Assembly (NCBI GenBank): GCA_937981915.1
Contig: CALJMD010000214.1
Location: forward strand, 1 to 46,968
From: an uncultured Acidimicrobiales bacterium
GTDB taxonomy: Bacteria; Actinomycetota; Acidimicrobiia; Acidimicrobiales; SZUA-35
Direction: 5' to 3'
Length of the DNA stretch: 46,968 nucleotides
The notes below the pieces were generated by a model, which saw only the letters and a list, made by a program, of their open reading frames with translations, searched no databases and had not been told where the DNA came from. Made by a program: the position numbers and the translations under genes. How positions within the stretch are numbered: the first letter of the stretch is position 1; every line of letters begins with the position of its first letter. Shown piece after piece: positions 29,826 to 39,435 of the stretch.

Positions 29826-30910
29826 GATTCGGGCGCGTCCCGTCCGTCGAGGAGATTCGCTCGGCCCCTGGTAGCACGGCCTTTGTAAAGCAGGTGTTGT
29901 GGTGGGGTATCGCTCTCACGGTCAGCGTTCTCGCCTTTTACTTCCTCCAGGATCAATTGCGCGACATCTTGTCGTCCGGCCCGAGGCTTCGGACCATTCG
30001 ACCTGCATGGTTTGCGGTAATGCTGGCGCTGGAGGTCGCCAGCTTCGTTTGTCTGTGGTGGCTGACCCGACTGGTTCTTCCCGGCGTGTCGTGGTTTGTG
30101 GCTGCCACAAGCCAATTGGTCTCAAACGCTGTGAGCCGTGTCATCCCCGGCGGTGCAGCCACTGGAGGTGCGGTGTACTACCGCATGCTCACAGCGTCCG
30201 GCGTTGATACTGCCAAAGCCGGGGGAGCGCTGGCCGTCAGTTCCATCATCACCACCGCGGCGCTGGTGGCCATTCCTGCGGTAGCCAGTCTTCTGGCCCT
30301 TGTCGGGGCTCCGATTCCCGAGAGTCTGTTGCCGGCCGCTATCGCCGGCGGCGTGATGTTTGTGTCGTTGGCAGCGCTTGGCGCAATCGGCATGGCCTTC
30401 GATAAGCCGCTGCGTTACTGCGAGGAGGCGGTGGCCCGCTTTGTCGAGTTCACCGGCCGGGCGGTTCGTCGACCGTGGAGCATCGAGCGAGGCAAAGCGC
30501 TGGTCGAACGGGATCGCCTCCTGGAGGTTGTTGGCGGCGGCTGGCCTCAGGTGGTTGGTGCTGCGGCGGGGAAATGGGCGTTCGACTATCTGGCGCTCAT
30601 TGCAGCCCTCTACAGCGTCGGTGCCGACCCTCGCCTCAGCATTGTGTTGTTGGCATACGCCGGCGCTCAAGTGTTGGGGATGGTACCGATTACCCCGGGC
30701 GGCGTCGGTTTCGTAGAGGTCGGTTTGTACTACTTGCTGATCATTTCCGGGATAAGCGCCCAGGATGCCAGCCTGGCAACCATCGCTTACCGCCTCGTGT
30801 CGTGGTGGGTTCCCATTCTCAGTGGCTTTGTCGCTTGGCTAGCGTTTGTCCAACGTAATCCTGAGTCTGGATCTCAGCCGTCGTCGCAGACTCGCCAGGC
30901 CGTCCACTAG
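29822..30910 (+). CDS. Lysylphosphatidylglycerol-synthase TM / flippase-like membrane protein (UPF0104/YbhN)
   Basis: Multiple TM helices; PITPGGVGFVE and YRLVSWW. Confidence 0.85.
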   Translation: MRFGRVPSVEEIRSAPGSTAFVKQVLWWGIALTVSVLAFYFLQDQLRDILSSGPRLRTIRPAWFAVMLALEVASFVCLWWLTRLVLPGVSWFVAATSQLVSNAVSRVIPGGAATGGAVYYRMLTASGVDTAKAGGALAVSSIITTAALVAIPAVASLLALVGAPIPESLLPAAIAGGVMFVSLAALGAIGMAFDKPLRYCEEAVARFVEFTGRAVRRPWSIERGKALVERDRLLEVVGGGWPQVVGAAAGKWAFDYLALIAALYSVGADPRLSIVLLAYAGAQVLGMVPITPGGVGFVEVGLYYLLIISGISAQDASLATIAYRLVSWWVPILSGFVAWLAFVQRNPESGSQPSSQTRQAVH

Positions 30911-30988
30911 GTCGACCCTCGGCATAGCGACGCCTCAGCTGTCTGCTCGAACTGCTTACTGTCACAGCGGATCGACATAGTGAATGGC

Positions 30989-31450
30989 GTGGAGTCGTAT
31001 ACCGCACCGGACGTTGAATCCGGGCTTCTCGCTGACCCTGGGGTGCTGACGTCATCTCTTAACTCGGTCGAGTTCGCTTATCTGGCCCGATCCGTCGGCG
31101 CAGCCGCTGAGGAACTTGGGTTGACGGTGCCAACGTTTCGCAGCCCGCCAACTGCCGGTGGTGCGGGGCGTTCAATACGCCGGAGTCCCGGTCAACGAGC
31201 CACGGTCGCTGTTCGCTACCGCTCACGTCCAATGGTGTCGGTCGCCGCTGACATGGTGGAAGGTGTGCTGCAGGCCTGCCGTGTTTCCTCGGCTGCCGAG
31301 CGGCGGGCGTCAGACGGTCAGCGAACAACAGACTTCACGGTCCGTGACCGTTTATGGGTGGCGGCCATGTCGGCATTGGCTGAGCTTGCGCCCCAACAAG
31401 GTGTTTCCGACACGCCGCAGCGGAGAGCGGAAGACCAGCGGGCTGCTTGA
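30989..31450 (+). CDS. Hypothetical protein
   Basis: Fills the gap with a protein-like sequence (PTFRSPP, RSIRR, AADMVEGV); GTG 30989 lies 7 nt after CATAGT; the track start is 30980. Confidence 0.6.
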   Translation: MESYTAPDVESGLLADPGVLTSSLNSVEFAYLARSVGAAAEELGLTVPTFRSPPTAGGAGRSIRRSPGQRATVAVRYRSRPMVSVAADMVEGVLQACRVSSAAERRASDGQRTTDFTVRDRLWVAAMSALAELAPQQGVSDTPQRRAEDQRAA

Positions 31451-31586
31451 TCTTGTTCGGGCCTTTGCAGACTCGGGATTGGTACCGACAGGAGAAGTGG
31501 GCGCGGGCTGCCGCTTGAATTGATGTGACGGCGCCATTTGCCTTGGGGCATCAGCCATACTGGTGTTCAGAGATTTCGGAGTAGCG

Positions 31587-32066
31587 ATGGCGACTGAAGC
31601 TTCAACCACTGCAGCCACAACCGATAGGCCCGCCCCTCTAGGCGATCTGGACCCGATGGCGCTTGCGGTGCGCGGGGTGATTGTCGCTCTCATTCTGATC
31701 GGTTCGTTGTTTGTCTGGCGGTTCGCTCGCTCAGCTGTGGTGGCTCCTTTCGACTCACTGGTCACCGAACAGGCCTGTCGTAGTCAGGCTGAAGAGTTGG
31801 AACGCCCGCTGATCGACTTCGAACGATCCAACCGGTTCGGTCTACGGGACCGAACCTACGGTTCATGTCTCTTGGGACCGCTAGAAGGTGAACAAGGAAC
31901 TCTTCAACTTGGACTTGAAGACGTGGAGTTCGGACCGCTGTACCGGTTGGCCAAAGCGGCCGGGATTATCACTCAGCTGTTCATCGTCAGCATCTTTCTC
32001 CGATTCATCGTTGATCCGGCCATGGACCTTTACCGGAGCATCGTGAAACTGATGGGGCGTCGGTAG
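31587..32066 (+). CDS. Hypothetical membrane protein (two TM helices, Cys pair in loop)
   Basis: SD GGAG before ATG 31587; two hydrophobic segments. Confidence 0.65.
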   Translation: MATEASTTAATTDRPAPLGDLDPMALAVRGVIVALILIGSLFVWRFARSAVVAPFDSLVTEQACRSQAEELERPLIDFERSNRFGLRDRTYGSCLLGPLEGEQGTLQLGLEDVEFGPLYRLAKAAGIITQLFIVSIFLRFIVDPAMDLYRSIVKLMGRR

Positions 32067-32141
32067 GGATCTGGTCGTTTCGCCCCGGGCCACCGGCCCT
32101 GTGGCAGCTCAGTTGACGCGCGACGTGGCCGATTGGTTTCT

Positions 32142-33539
32142 ATGCCACGTCGAGCCGTTGTTATCGAGATCAACGAGATTCCGCTGCGGGTAATCGGCGA
32201 CGTCGCCGCTCGAGGTCGAGCACCGTTTCTCAAGTCGATGATCGACGACCGACTCTTCGTCGAGACCCGGATCTCCGAGTCTCTCGACCGCGAGCTGTAT
32301 CCGTCACAGACGTGGGCATCGGTGGGCACCGGTGTGCCGTTCGCCGAGCATGGCGTTTGGTGGTACAACGACCCGAAACCGGTTGAGTACCCGTTCTACT
32401 GGCAGCTGGCCGCCGCCGAGCGGTCGGTCGGACTGGTGAACGTTCTACATTCGTCGCCGGTCGCCGGTCAGTGCCGTTTGGGGGACTTTCGATTTGTGGT
32501 CCCCGACTGTTTCGCAACTGACTCTGCAGCCATTCCGGAGCGCTACGAGTCGTTCCAGCGGCTAAATCTTGAGTTGACGGAGCGAAACTCCCGTCAGAGC
32601 CGCTTGGCCCTGGACCCTTCGCAGCTGAAGCTGGTGGCCGATGGTCTGCGTCATCTACCGCTGCGTGTCAGTACAGCGGCGACCTTGGCTCGACTGGTCG
32701 GGGGAGTGGCAGCAGGCAGAGTGCCAAAAGAGCGCGTGCGTTCGGCCCAGTTCCTACTGTTGTCGGACTTGTTTCTTCGGTTGCTGAATGATGAGGCCCC
32801 TGATCTGGCTGTCTTCTTTACCAATCACGTCGCAGCAGCCATGCATCGCTATTGGTATGCCCTGTTCCCAGACGACTTCACGACCAGTCACTACAACGAG
32901 GACTGGGTCGAGAGGCACAGCAACGAGATCGTCTTCGCTGTTGAACTGTTGGACCGCTTCCTGGCTGACGTCGCCCGCTGGTGTCGAGTCAACGATCGGG
33001 TTTTGATCCTTGTGTCGTCGATGGGGCAGGGGCCGAGCAGCCGGTTGGACTCCAGCCGCTCGCTGGAGGCAGTCGTTCGATCTCCACGAGTCTTTCTCGA
33101 CGCTGTCGGGGTGTCGGACAGCTGCGAAGTCCTGGCTGCTATGACTCCCAATTTGACGTTGCGGTTTCCGTCAGAGGCGGCCGCCGCCGGTGCTGCGATT
33201 GCACTCGAAGAGCTGTCCGCAGGTCGACCTGACGCCGGAGTCGATCAGTCCGGGCCGGTGATCACGTTCACTTATGATCTTGAGGTTCTGGACGAGCACA
33301 CGGTTGCCTTGGGAGGGTCGGTGGGTCGAGCAGAAACCGTTGGCGTTGAAATTCTCAGCGTCGATGATCACTCCAGCGGTCGCCACACGCCGGTTGGAAC
33401 GCTCGGCGTTTTCAACTCTGATCGTTTTACCGCTGACGGTCTCAGCCAGGTTGATGTATTCGAAATTGCTCCGGCCATGCTGACTCTTCTCGGGGTCGAG
33501 GTCGCAGCCAAGCACTTGACGCCTGGCGTGGTGTTCTAG
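32142..33539 (+). CDS. Alkaline phosphatase/nucleotide pyrophosphatase superfamily protein
   Basis: VVIEINE, YPSQTW.S..TG, AAAMHRYW, ILVSSMGQ, SGRH.P.G, IAP..L.LLG. Confidence 0.65.
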   Translation: MPRRAVVIEINEIPLRVIGDVAARGRAPFLKSMIDDRLFVETRISESLDRELYPSQTWASVGTGVPFAEHGVWWYNDPKPVEYPFYWQLAAAERSVGLVNVLHSSPVAGQCRLGDFRFVVPDCFATDSAAIPERYESFQRLNLELTERNSRQSRLALDPSQLKLVADGLRHLPLRVSTAATLARLVGGVAAGRVPKERVRSAQFLLLSDLFLRLLNDEAPDLAVFFTNHVAAAMHRYWYALFPDDFTTSHYNEDWVERHSNEIVFAVELLDRFLADVARWCRVNDRVLILVSSMGQGPSSRLDSSRSLEAVVRSPRVFLDAVGVSDSCEVLAAMTPNLTLRFPSEAAAAGAAIALEELSAGRPDAGVDQSGPVITFTYDLEVLDEHTVALGGSVGRAETVGVEILSVDDHSSGRHTPVGTLGVFNSDRFTADGLSQVDVFEIAPAMLTLLGVEVAAKHLTPGVVF

Positions 33540-33664
33540 GAGGCGTTTCGTCCGCGGCGATGTCCTAGGTTTCGCCGTTGGCGGTGTCATAGATCCCGTA
33601 GATGGTGAGGCGGTCACCGAGTCCTAGACTGGTGCCCGGCGCTCTACTGTGTGCGCCTCAATCG

Positions 33665-33749
33665 GCCCGGGTGGCGGAATGGCAGACGCAGAGGGCTTAA
33701 ACCCCTCGGGAGGTAACACTCCGTGCGGGTTCGAGTCCCGCCCCGGGCA
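33665..33749 (+). tRNA. tRNA-Leu(TAA)
   Basis: Acceptor GCCCGGG/CCCGGGC, D-loop GGAATGGCAGAC, anticodon arm GAGGG-CTTAAAC-CCCTC, long variable arm, T-arm GCGGG-TTCGAGT-CCCGC, discriminator A; CCA not fully encoded (CCG). Confidence 0.97.
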
Positions 33750-33851
33750 CCGAAATATCGCCGTGAAGTGCGCGCTTGCCACGACGCTGCCGATTGGGGG
33801 AGCCTGTCCCGTAGTCGCCGGAGTGGATCGAACCTGGCTATGGTCTGCGGC

Positions 33852-34649
33852 GTGTCGCAGTTTCTCTACTCCATTGACGGATCGACGGCTCATCCGACGG
33901 AACTGACGATGGGTCCGTGGGGAGCGTCAGCCCAACACGGGGGACCGCCATCGGCTCTGCTGGCGTTCGTGGTTGAACAGCACCTTGAGGCCGACGAGGT
34001 TGTCAACCGCATTCATGTTGATCTTTTGGCCGGTGTTCCCCTTGGCCCTCTTCGGATGGAGAGCAGTCGACAGGCGAAGAGTCGCCGGGTTGCCCACGTC
34101 GAAGCCTGCTTGTTGGACGGAGAACGAGTTGTTGCTCAGGCCAGAGGTCTGCTGGTTCGAACCTCTGCTGCCCCACCTCCCGACGTTGCGCCACTGAGTG
34201 ACGATCTGCCGGGCCATGACTCTGTGGCCCCGGCGACGCCTCCGTCCTGGTGGAGTCCGGAAGGCAGCACGCCATTTCATAGTCACGCCGTCACCCATCG
34301 CTTTGTGTCCGGCGCCTTCGATGCACCTGGTCCGGCCATTGACTGGATTCATTTGGATGTCGATGTCGTTGAGGGGCACCACACCAGCGGAGTCCAGCGA
34401 GTGGCGGCTATAAGTGACCTGGGCTCCGGTATCTCCGCCGTCTACGGTCCACAGGCCCGCTTCGGGATGATCAACACCGATTTGACCATCGGATTTGTCG
34501 ACTCGCCGACAGGGGAGTGGTTCTGTCTCGATGCGCAAACCACGGTCGGCGCCAATGGGTCTGGTCTGGCGCAGACCCGAGTGGTAGACGAGGGCGGCAA
34601 GTTGGTCGCTGTGGCCAGCCAATCGCTTCTCGGTCGCCACCTCACGTAG
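33852..34649 (+). CDS. Thioesterase family protein (double hotdog, TesB-like)
   Basis: T.GPW...QHGGPPSALL, D.GSG.S, INTDLT; start placed downstream of the tRNA. Confidence 0.85.
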   Translation: MSQFLYSIDGSTAHPTELTMGPWGASAQHGGPPSALLAFVVEQHLEADEVVNRIHVDLLAGVPLGPLRMESSRQAKSRRVAHVEACLLDGERVVAQARGLLVRTSAAPPPDVAPLSDDLPGHDSVAPATPPSWWSPEGSTPFHSHAVTHRFVSGAFDAPGPAIDWIHLDVDVVEGHHTSGVQRVAAISDLGSGISAVYGPQARFGMINTDLTIGFVDSPTGEWFCLDAQTTVGANGSGLAQTRVVDEGGKLVAVASQSLLGRHLT

Positions 34650-34942
34650 GGCGAGGGCTCATTGCTATCGGTGCGGTGCCGACTTCTACAACGTGGACGA
34701 GGTTGAACGCACCAGACCATTCTCGCTTCGAGCTAAGATCGCCAACCGGTGGAGGCATCGTCATATCACCAATCCGTCAACGTGGCGATTGCGGGTGCAA
34801 TTCGACGATTTAGTGGTTGCTCAATATTGGGATCTGGCTGAAAACGTTGACGAATTGAACGAGCGCTACAACGAGTACGGGTGACCGCGGCGGTGTTGAG
34901 ACTCAAACGCGACACGAAGTGCCGATAGATTCAGGTACGACC

Positions 34943-36136
34943 ATGAACTGCCGTCACACCACCTTCGTCAGCGATGCCACGCCGACACAGCCGAGTCCCG
35001 TGCGTTCCCCCGACCGGGCGAGGCGTCGCCGATCCAGGGGTCGTTGGTTGATCGCTGCAGCTATTGCCGTTGGCCTCCTGGCTTCGGGCTGCACGGGCGG
35101 TGGCGATGAGGACCAGTCCGATCCAGTCGATCAGCCCGAGCTGGACGAGGCTGAATTAAACGCCGACGGCGTTGTAGTGATCGACGACTGTGCGGCGGAC
35201 ACCAATGACGACGACAGGCTTTGTGTCGGTGTCGTTTCCGGCATGGCTACCGCAGCTGACATCGGCATACAGGATTCGGCCCGAGATGCCGTCGCCCAAT
35301 GGGGCGAGGACAACGAGGCCACCGTTGTCGGCCTCACAGCTGACAGTGAAGACGATCTCCGAGCTAATATCGATCTGCTGGTAGAGCGCGGTTACGACGT
35401 TGTGGTCGTGCCGGGAAAGAACAGCGTTTCTGTGTTGGCTGATGCGGTCGCCGAGTACACGGAAACCTACTTTGTGGGCGTCGACCAGTTGGGACTTGAC
35501 GAAGCTGACAACCTAGGTTCGTTGAGTTTCTCAAATCATGAAATAGGTTTTCTGGCTGGAGCACTCGCCGGATTGCTCACCGAGTCGGGCGATGTGGCTC
35601 AAGTTCTGGGCAGCGCGCTCGTTCCACCAATCTCGGACCTTCGCGATGGTTTCGCCAACGGCGTGCGTTACACAAACTCACGGACCGATGTCGATGCCTT
35701 CTTTCACCCTGGCGACCCCGAGGCAGCCTTCATCGATCCTGCTTGGGGGGCGGCAACTGCGGCCCAGGCCCTCGAGGCCGGCGCCGACGTGATCTTCGCA
35801 ACGGGCGGAGAGACAGGCCACGGTGCACTTGTCGAAACGGCATCGTCTGACGGCACGGCCTTTTGTATCGGCGTCGACTTCGACAAGTGGGACGTCGTGG
35901 CTGACGCCCAGCCCTGTCTGGTGAACAGCGTGGTAAAGCTGGTCGAAGACGGGCTGGAAGAAATGCTGGACGCTGCGGCCGATGGTGAGCCGGTGTCGGG
36001 AGAGTTCGAAGGACAAGTTAGCTACTCCGACTATCACGACCGAGCCGAGGACGTCCCGAGTGAGATCCGCGACGCGGCCGAAGGTATCGCCGAACAGCTG
36101 AGAGCCGGCGAGATTTCCGCCACTAGCAGTCGCTAG
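34943..36136 (+). CDS. BMP family ABC transporter substrate-binding lipoprotein
   Basis: Arg-rich N-region and lipobox LASGC; GFLAGALAG, GADVIF..GG.TG.G, IGVD.D; start uncertain (34919 or 34943). Confidence 0.85.
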   Translation: MNCRHTTFVSDATPTQPSPVRSPDRARRRRSRGRWLIAAAIAVGLLASGCTGGGDEDQSDPVDQPELDEAELNADGVVVIDDCAADTNDDDRLCVGVVSGMATAADIGIQDSARDAVAQWGEDNEATVVGLTADSEDDLRANIDLLVERGYDVVVVPGKNSVSVLADAVAEYTETYFVGVDQLGLDEADNLGSLSFSNHEIGFLAGALAGLLTESGDVAQVLGSALVPPISDLRDGFANGVRYTNSRTDVDAFFHPGDPEAAFIDPAWGAATAAQALEAGADVIFATGGETGHGALVETASSDGTAFCIGVDFDKWDVVADAQPCLVNSVVKLVEDGLEEMLDAAADGEPVSGEFEGQVSYSDYHDRAEDVPSEIRDAAEGIAEQLRAGEISATSSR

Positions 36137-36145
36137 CCGGTCAAG

Positions 36146-37207
36146 CTAATCGACCAAGCTGATCAGGCCATCACCTTGCGAGGTTCTTCCGACGATCGCT
36201 GCTTGATGGTCCGACTCGGTCAGCTGATCGATGCAGTGGGATGACTTGCCCGGGTCCACCCCGAAGAGCAGCCCCCCGGATGTTTGAGCGTCAGCGAGGA
36301 GCAGAACGTCTGATTCACTGACTGAGCCAACGTCGAGCTGTGGACGCACTGATTCGAGGTTCCTAGTCGAGCCCCCGGGCACATACCCGGCTTCAGCCAG
36401 CTCCGAAACTCCGGCCAAAACCGGCACCTTCGACACCTGTAGGGTCACGTCGACCGTTGATTCCTTGGCGGCGCGTGCGAGATGCCCAAGCAGGCCGAAC
36501 CCGGTCACGTCGGTTGCCCCGGTCGCTCCGGCATCAAGCGCCACTCGGGCCGCGATATCGTTCAGCTTTGTCATCGAGGCGACCGCTGATTCAGCCAGAG
36601 TTTCGAACTTCGGTTCAGCAGGCATTCCTCGCTTCATCGCGGTAGCCACGATCCCGATACCAAGTGGTTTGGTAAGAATGAGATCTTGCCCCGGTTTGAG
36701 TCCTGCGTTAGTGAGAAGTCGGTTCGGGTCGGCCTCGCCGACAACTGCGAGACCGAACTTCGGCTCGGGGTCATCAACCGTGTGGCCTCCGGCGATCACG
36801 AAGCCGGCCTTAGCGGCGATTTCGCCCGCTCCGGCTAGAACGTCGGCCAACAGTTCGAGGGGTAGCTCTTCGCGGTTCCAGCCGACCAGGTTGAGGGCGA
36901 CAAGGGGTCGTCCACCCATGGCGTAGACGTCGGAGACGGCGTTGGCCGCCGCGATGCGCCCCCACTGGGTAGCGTCGTCGACGATTGGCGTAATGAAGTC
37001 GGCGGTGAGCACGAGGGCTCGTCCGTCGTCGATCTGCCAGATGGCGGCATCGTCGCCTGTCGTGGCGTCAACCAGCAACCGGTCGTCATGGTTTGGGTTC
37101 AGGTCGCGCAGCACGTGCGCAAGCTCAGACGGGCTGAGCTTGCACGCTCAACCGGCGCCGTGGCTGAACTCGGTTAGCCGTTTGCGTGGTGCTGCCATGG
37201 AGGACAT
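36146..37207 (-). CDS. selD: Selenide, water dikinase (selenophosphate synthetase), selenocysteine-containing
   Basis: The frame extends past the track ORF: MSSMAAPRKRLTEFSHGAG-U(TGA 37148-37150)-ACKLSP; GDDAA, TADF.TP, ANAVSDVYAMGG, GGHT, TDVTGFGLLGH, DAQTSGGLL; SD AAGGAG 10 nt before ATG 37207 (alternative ATG 37198). Confidence 0.93.
37117..37145 (-). promoter_or_regulatory. Putative bacterial SECIS element
   Basis: GUGCAAGCUCAG-CCCGU-CUGAGCUUGCGC: 12-bp stem (one G-U) starting 3 nt after the UGA, with a G-containing loop at +15 to +19. Confidence 0.7.
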
Positions 37208-37357
37208 TTCCTAGCTGCTCCTTGCCGTTCTGACCTTCGTAGAAGACTTGCCTCGGTAGTTGACGATACCCAAGTACCTAACCAACTGAGTTGAAGAGGG
37301 TGTTACGCGAGGGTTCGGGCGACCGTAGTCGATAGCGATCAACTCTATGCTCTATGC

Positions 37358-39355
37358 GTGGTCCCTCGTGTGCTTGCCCAGCGCCTCGCCGCTGTTCCGT
37401 GGCTTGGCCCCCGGTTGCTCATTCGCCTGCATCGGCAGGGCTACGGTCTCGAGGAGCTGTCGTGGTCCCAGTTTGCTGACCGCGTGGTACAGCAGCGGCC
37501 GGATGCCGTCACCGTCGATGTCTTCGATACTTGCATAGTGCGCGACCTGGCCGGTGACGAGTCGATTGAACATGTCATCGAGTATCGGGTGGGTCGACAG
37601 CCCGACTCCCAGAGCGCCGACTCCCAGTGGATCGAAGAGGCCGCTGCTCTTGAGGTAGAAATGTGTCGGCCTGTCGCCGGTGCTCGGGCGGCGTTGGCCA
37701 AGATTCGGTCTGTGGTCGGCGGTGTCACGTTCATCTCTGACACCGAGCGCTCATCAGAACTCTTGCAACAGATTCTTACTGGCTTCGACTTGTTTGAAGA
37801 TGGGGATCGGATGGTGGCGTCGTGCGAAGAGGGGGCAACCAAGTCCGACGGCCCGCTCTATGACCTCATCTGGCAGAACCGGCCCGAAGTCGTTTGGCAT
37901 GCCGGGAACAACGACTGGTCCGACGGCGTGATGGCTGCAGCCAAGGGCTATCACCCGTTCATCATCTCCGATGGAAACCTCTCACGTTATGAAGAGGCGA
38001 TGAGCCATCGCGCCAGAAGCGTCGGGCCGGCGTTGGCCTCGGCGTCGCGAGCCGCCCGGCTCGAGTTGGAGGAGGAACGGCGGGTCGGCTTGGTGAGCGA
38101 CCGGGAGTACCAGCTGCAACTCATGGGGACACAGGTTGCCGGTCCAGCCATGGCGGCGTTCGCGTTGTGGATCGGCGAGCAATGCCGACAGCACGACATT
38201 GGTCATGTGGGGTATCTGGCTCGAGACGGCGAGTTGCCGATGTTGATGTCCCAAGCCATGAGCGAAGACCACCTGGGTCCAGTGTCGAGCTCGTACCTGC
38301 ACTGCAACCGACTTATTGTCACCTTGGCCTCGGCGTCGACTGTCGGCGTTGAACAATGGCTTCGGGACGGTACTGCTTCCGACGATGCCTTTCTCGAAGT
38401 GAACCGTCACATCGTGCCGCTCTCACTTCTGCTTTCTCGTATCGGATTCGATCTTCAGGACGTGGCGGATGTGTTGGGAGTGAGCCATCCGCTGGCCCGC
38501 CTGTCACCTGACAAGCCGCTTGGCTCCGAGAATGTTGCTCACTGGCATGAGCTTCTGTTTGATCAGACGGCCGCCAAGCTCATTCAGTCACGATCGGTTG
38601 GTAGGCGGGACCTTCTGTTGGATCACGTGCGCAGTCACGGCATCGGTCAGGAGCGGTTGGCCTTGGTCGACGTCGGCTGGCGGGGACGTCTTGCGTGGCT
38701 GTTGTCGTCGGTCCTCCGCGACTATCTGGGCCACGAGCCGCTACACCTCCACTTTGGAGGCGACAAGGTCTTCCCTGGACTCGAAGACGGTGTTCAGATC
38801 CGTCGGTTTGCCTTCGACGGTGTTTCGCCCCCGGACCCCTTGGACAGCCCGGTGTCCACCGTTGAGACCATTACTGCGTCCGGCAAGGCTCGAGTGGTCG
38901 ACTACTCACGTGGTCCAGGTGGCGAGGTTCAGCTTGTTTACGAGCAGGGACCGGCCGACCTCGGACTTGAGTTTCGAAGCGAAATGTGGCGGGGAGCGAC
39001 GAGAATGGCGGCATCAGTGCCATCTCGCAAAACTCTGTCGGAGTGGGGTGTCTCCAACGCTGCGTTGGACAGTGAGGTGCGAGCGACGCTGGGTGCCTGG
39101 TGGAACCAGCCGACGCGCCTTGAGGCCGAAGCTCTGGCATCACTCGGGTTTGAACACGACGAAGCAGGCACGACGGTGCGGCCAGTTGTTGCCCCGTACC
39201 GTCTCACCGATATTGTCGGTTCTCGCCAGCCCCGCCAATGGAGCCAGGGCTCTGAGGCAGTTTCGTCGCCTGCGAGCCGGGCTGGAATGCGGCTGGTGCG
39301 CTTAACGAGACGGCTTCGGGATCGAAAAGGCTCCGAGGCCGGTCGCTCTGCGTAG
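37358..39355 (+). CDS. HAD-superfamily hydrolase-like protein of the type found in surface-polysaccharide loci
   Basis: VDVFDT, FISDT, S.E.G..K, HAGNN, YLARDG, VDVGW.G. Confidence 0.7.
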   Translation: MVPRVLAQRLAAVPWLGPRLLIRLHRQGYGLEELSWSQFADRVVQQRPDAVTVDVFDTCIVRDLAGDESIEHVIEYRVGRQPDSQSADSQWIEEAAALEVEMCRPVAGARAALAKIRSVVGGVTFISDTERSSELLQQILTGFDLFEDGDRMVASCEEGATKSDGPLYDLIWQNRPEVVWHAGNNDWSDGVMAAAKGYHPFIISDGNLSRYEEAMSHRARSVGPALASASRAARLELEEERRVGLVSDREYQLQLMGTQVAGPAMAAFALWIGEQCRQHDIGHVGYLARDGELPMLMSQAMSEDHLGPVSSSYLHCNRLIVTLASASTVGVEQWLRDGTASDDAFLEVNRHIVPLSLLLSRIGFDLQDVADVLGVSHPLARLSPDKPLGSENVAHWHELLFDQTAAKLIQSRSVGRRDLLLDHVRSHGIGQERLALVDVGWRGRLAWLLSSVLRDYLGHEPLHLHFGGDKVFPGLEDGVQIRRFAFDGVSPPDPLDSPVSTVETITASGKARVVDYSRGPGGEVQLVYEQGPADLGLEFRSEMWRGATRMAASVPSRKTLSEWGVSNAALDSEVRATLGAWWNQPTRLEAEALASLGFEHDEAGTTVRPVVAPYRLTDIVGSRQPRQWSQGSEAVSSPASRAGMRLVRLTRRLRDRKGSEAGRSA

Positions 39356-39435
39356 TCACGCTCTGGGGTCGCTCGTGATCGGTTGTGGAGGGGGCTCCTT
39401 GGTCGATCTCCCGTGCAGGGTCTACAGTACGTACC

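Noticed and set aside
33665-33749. bldA-style translational control by tRNA-Leu(UAA)
   Set aside because: The housekeeping enolase has in-frame TTA codons (14722, 14764), so TTA is not confined to dispensable genes as it is in Streptomyces.
33665-34649. tRNA as integration site of a genomic island
   Set aside because: No integrase and no duplicated tRNA 3' end noticed in the window; flanking genes look like ordinary chromosomal genes.
17841-37207. Selenium-dependent molybdenum hydroxylase system linking selD and the cox cluster
   Set aside because: No yqeB/yqeC recognised, selD is about 10 kb away on the other strand, and its own UGA/SECIS is explained by the Sec pathway.
36146-37207. selD as a nonsense pseudogene
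   Set aside because: The only stop is TGA exactly at the catalytic Cys/Sec position, followed by a hairpin; all other motifs are intact.
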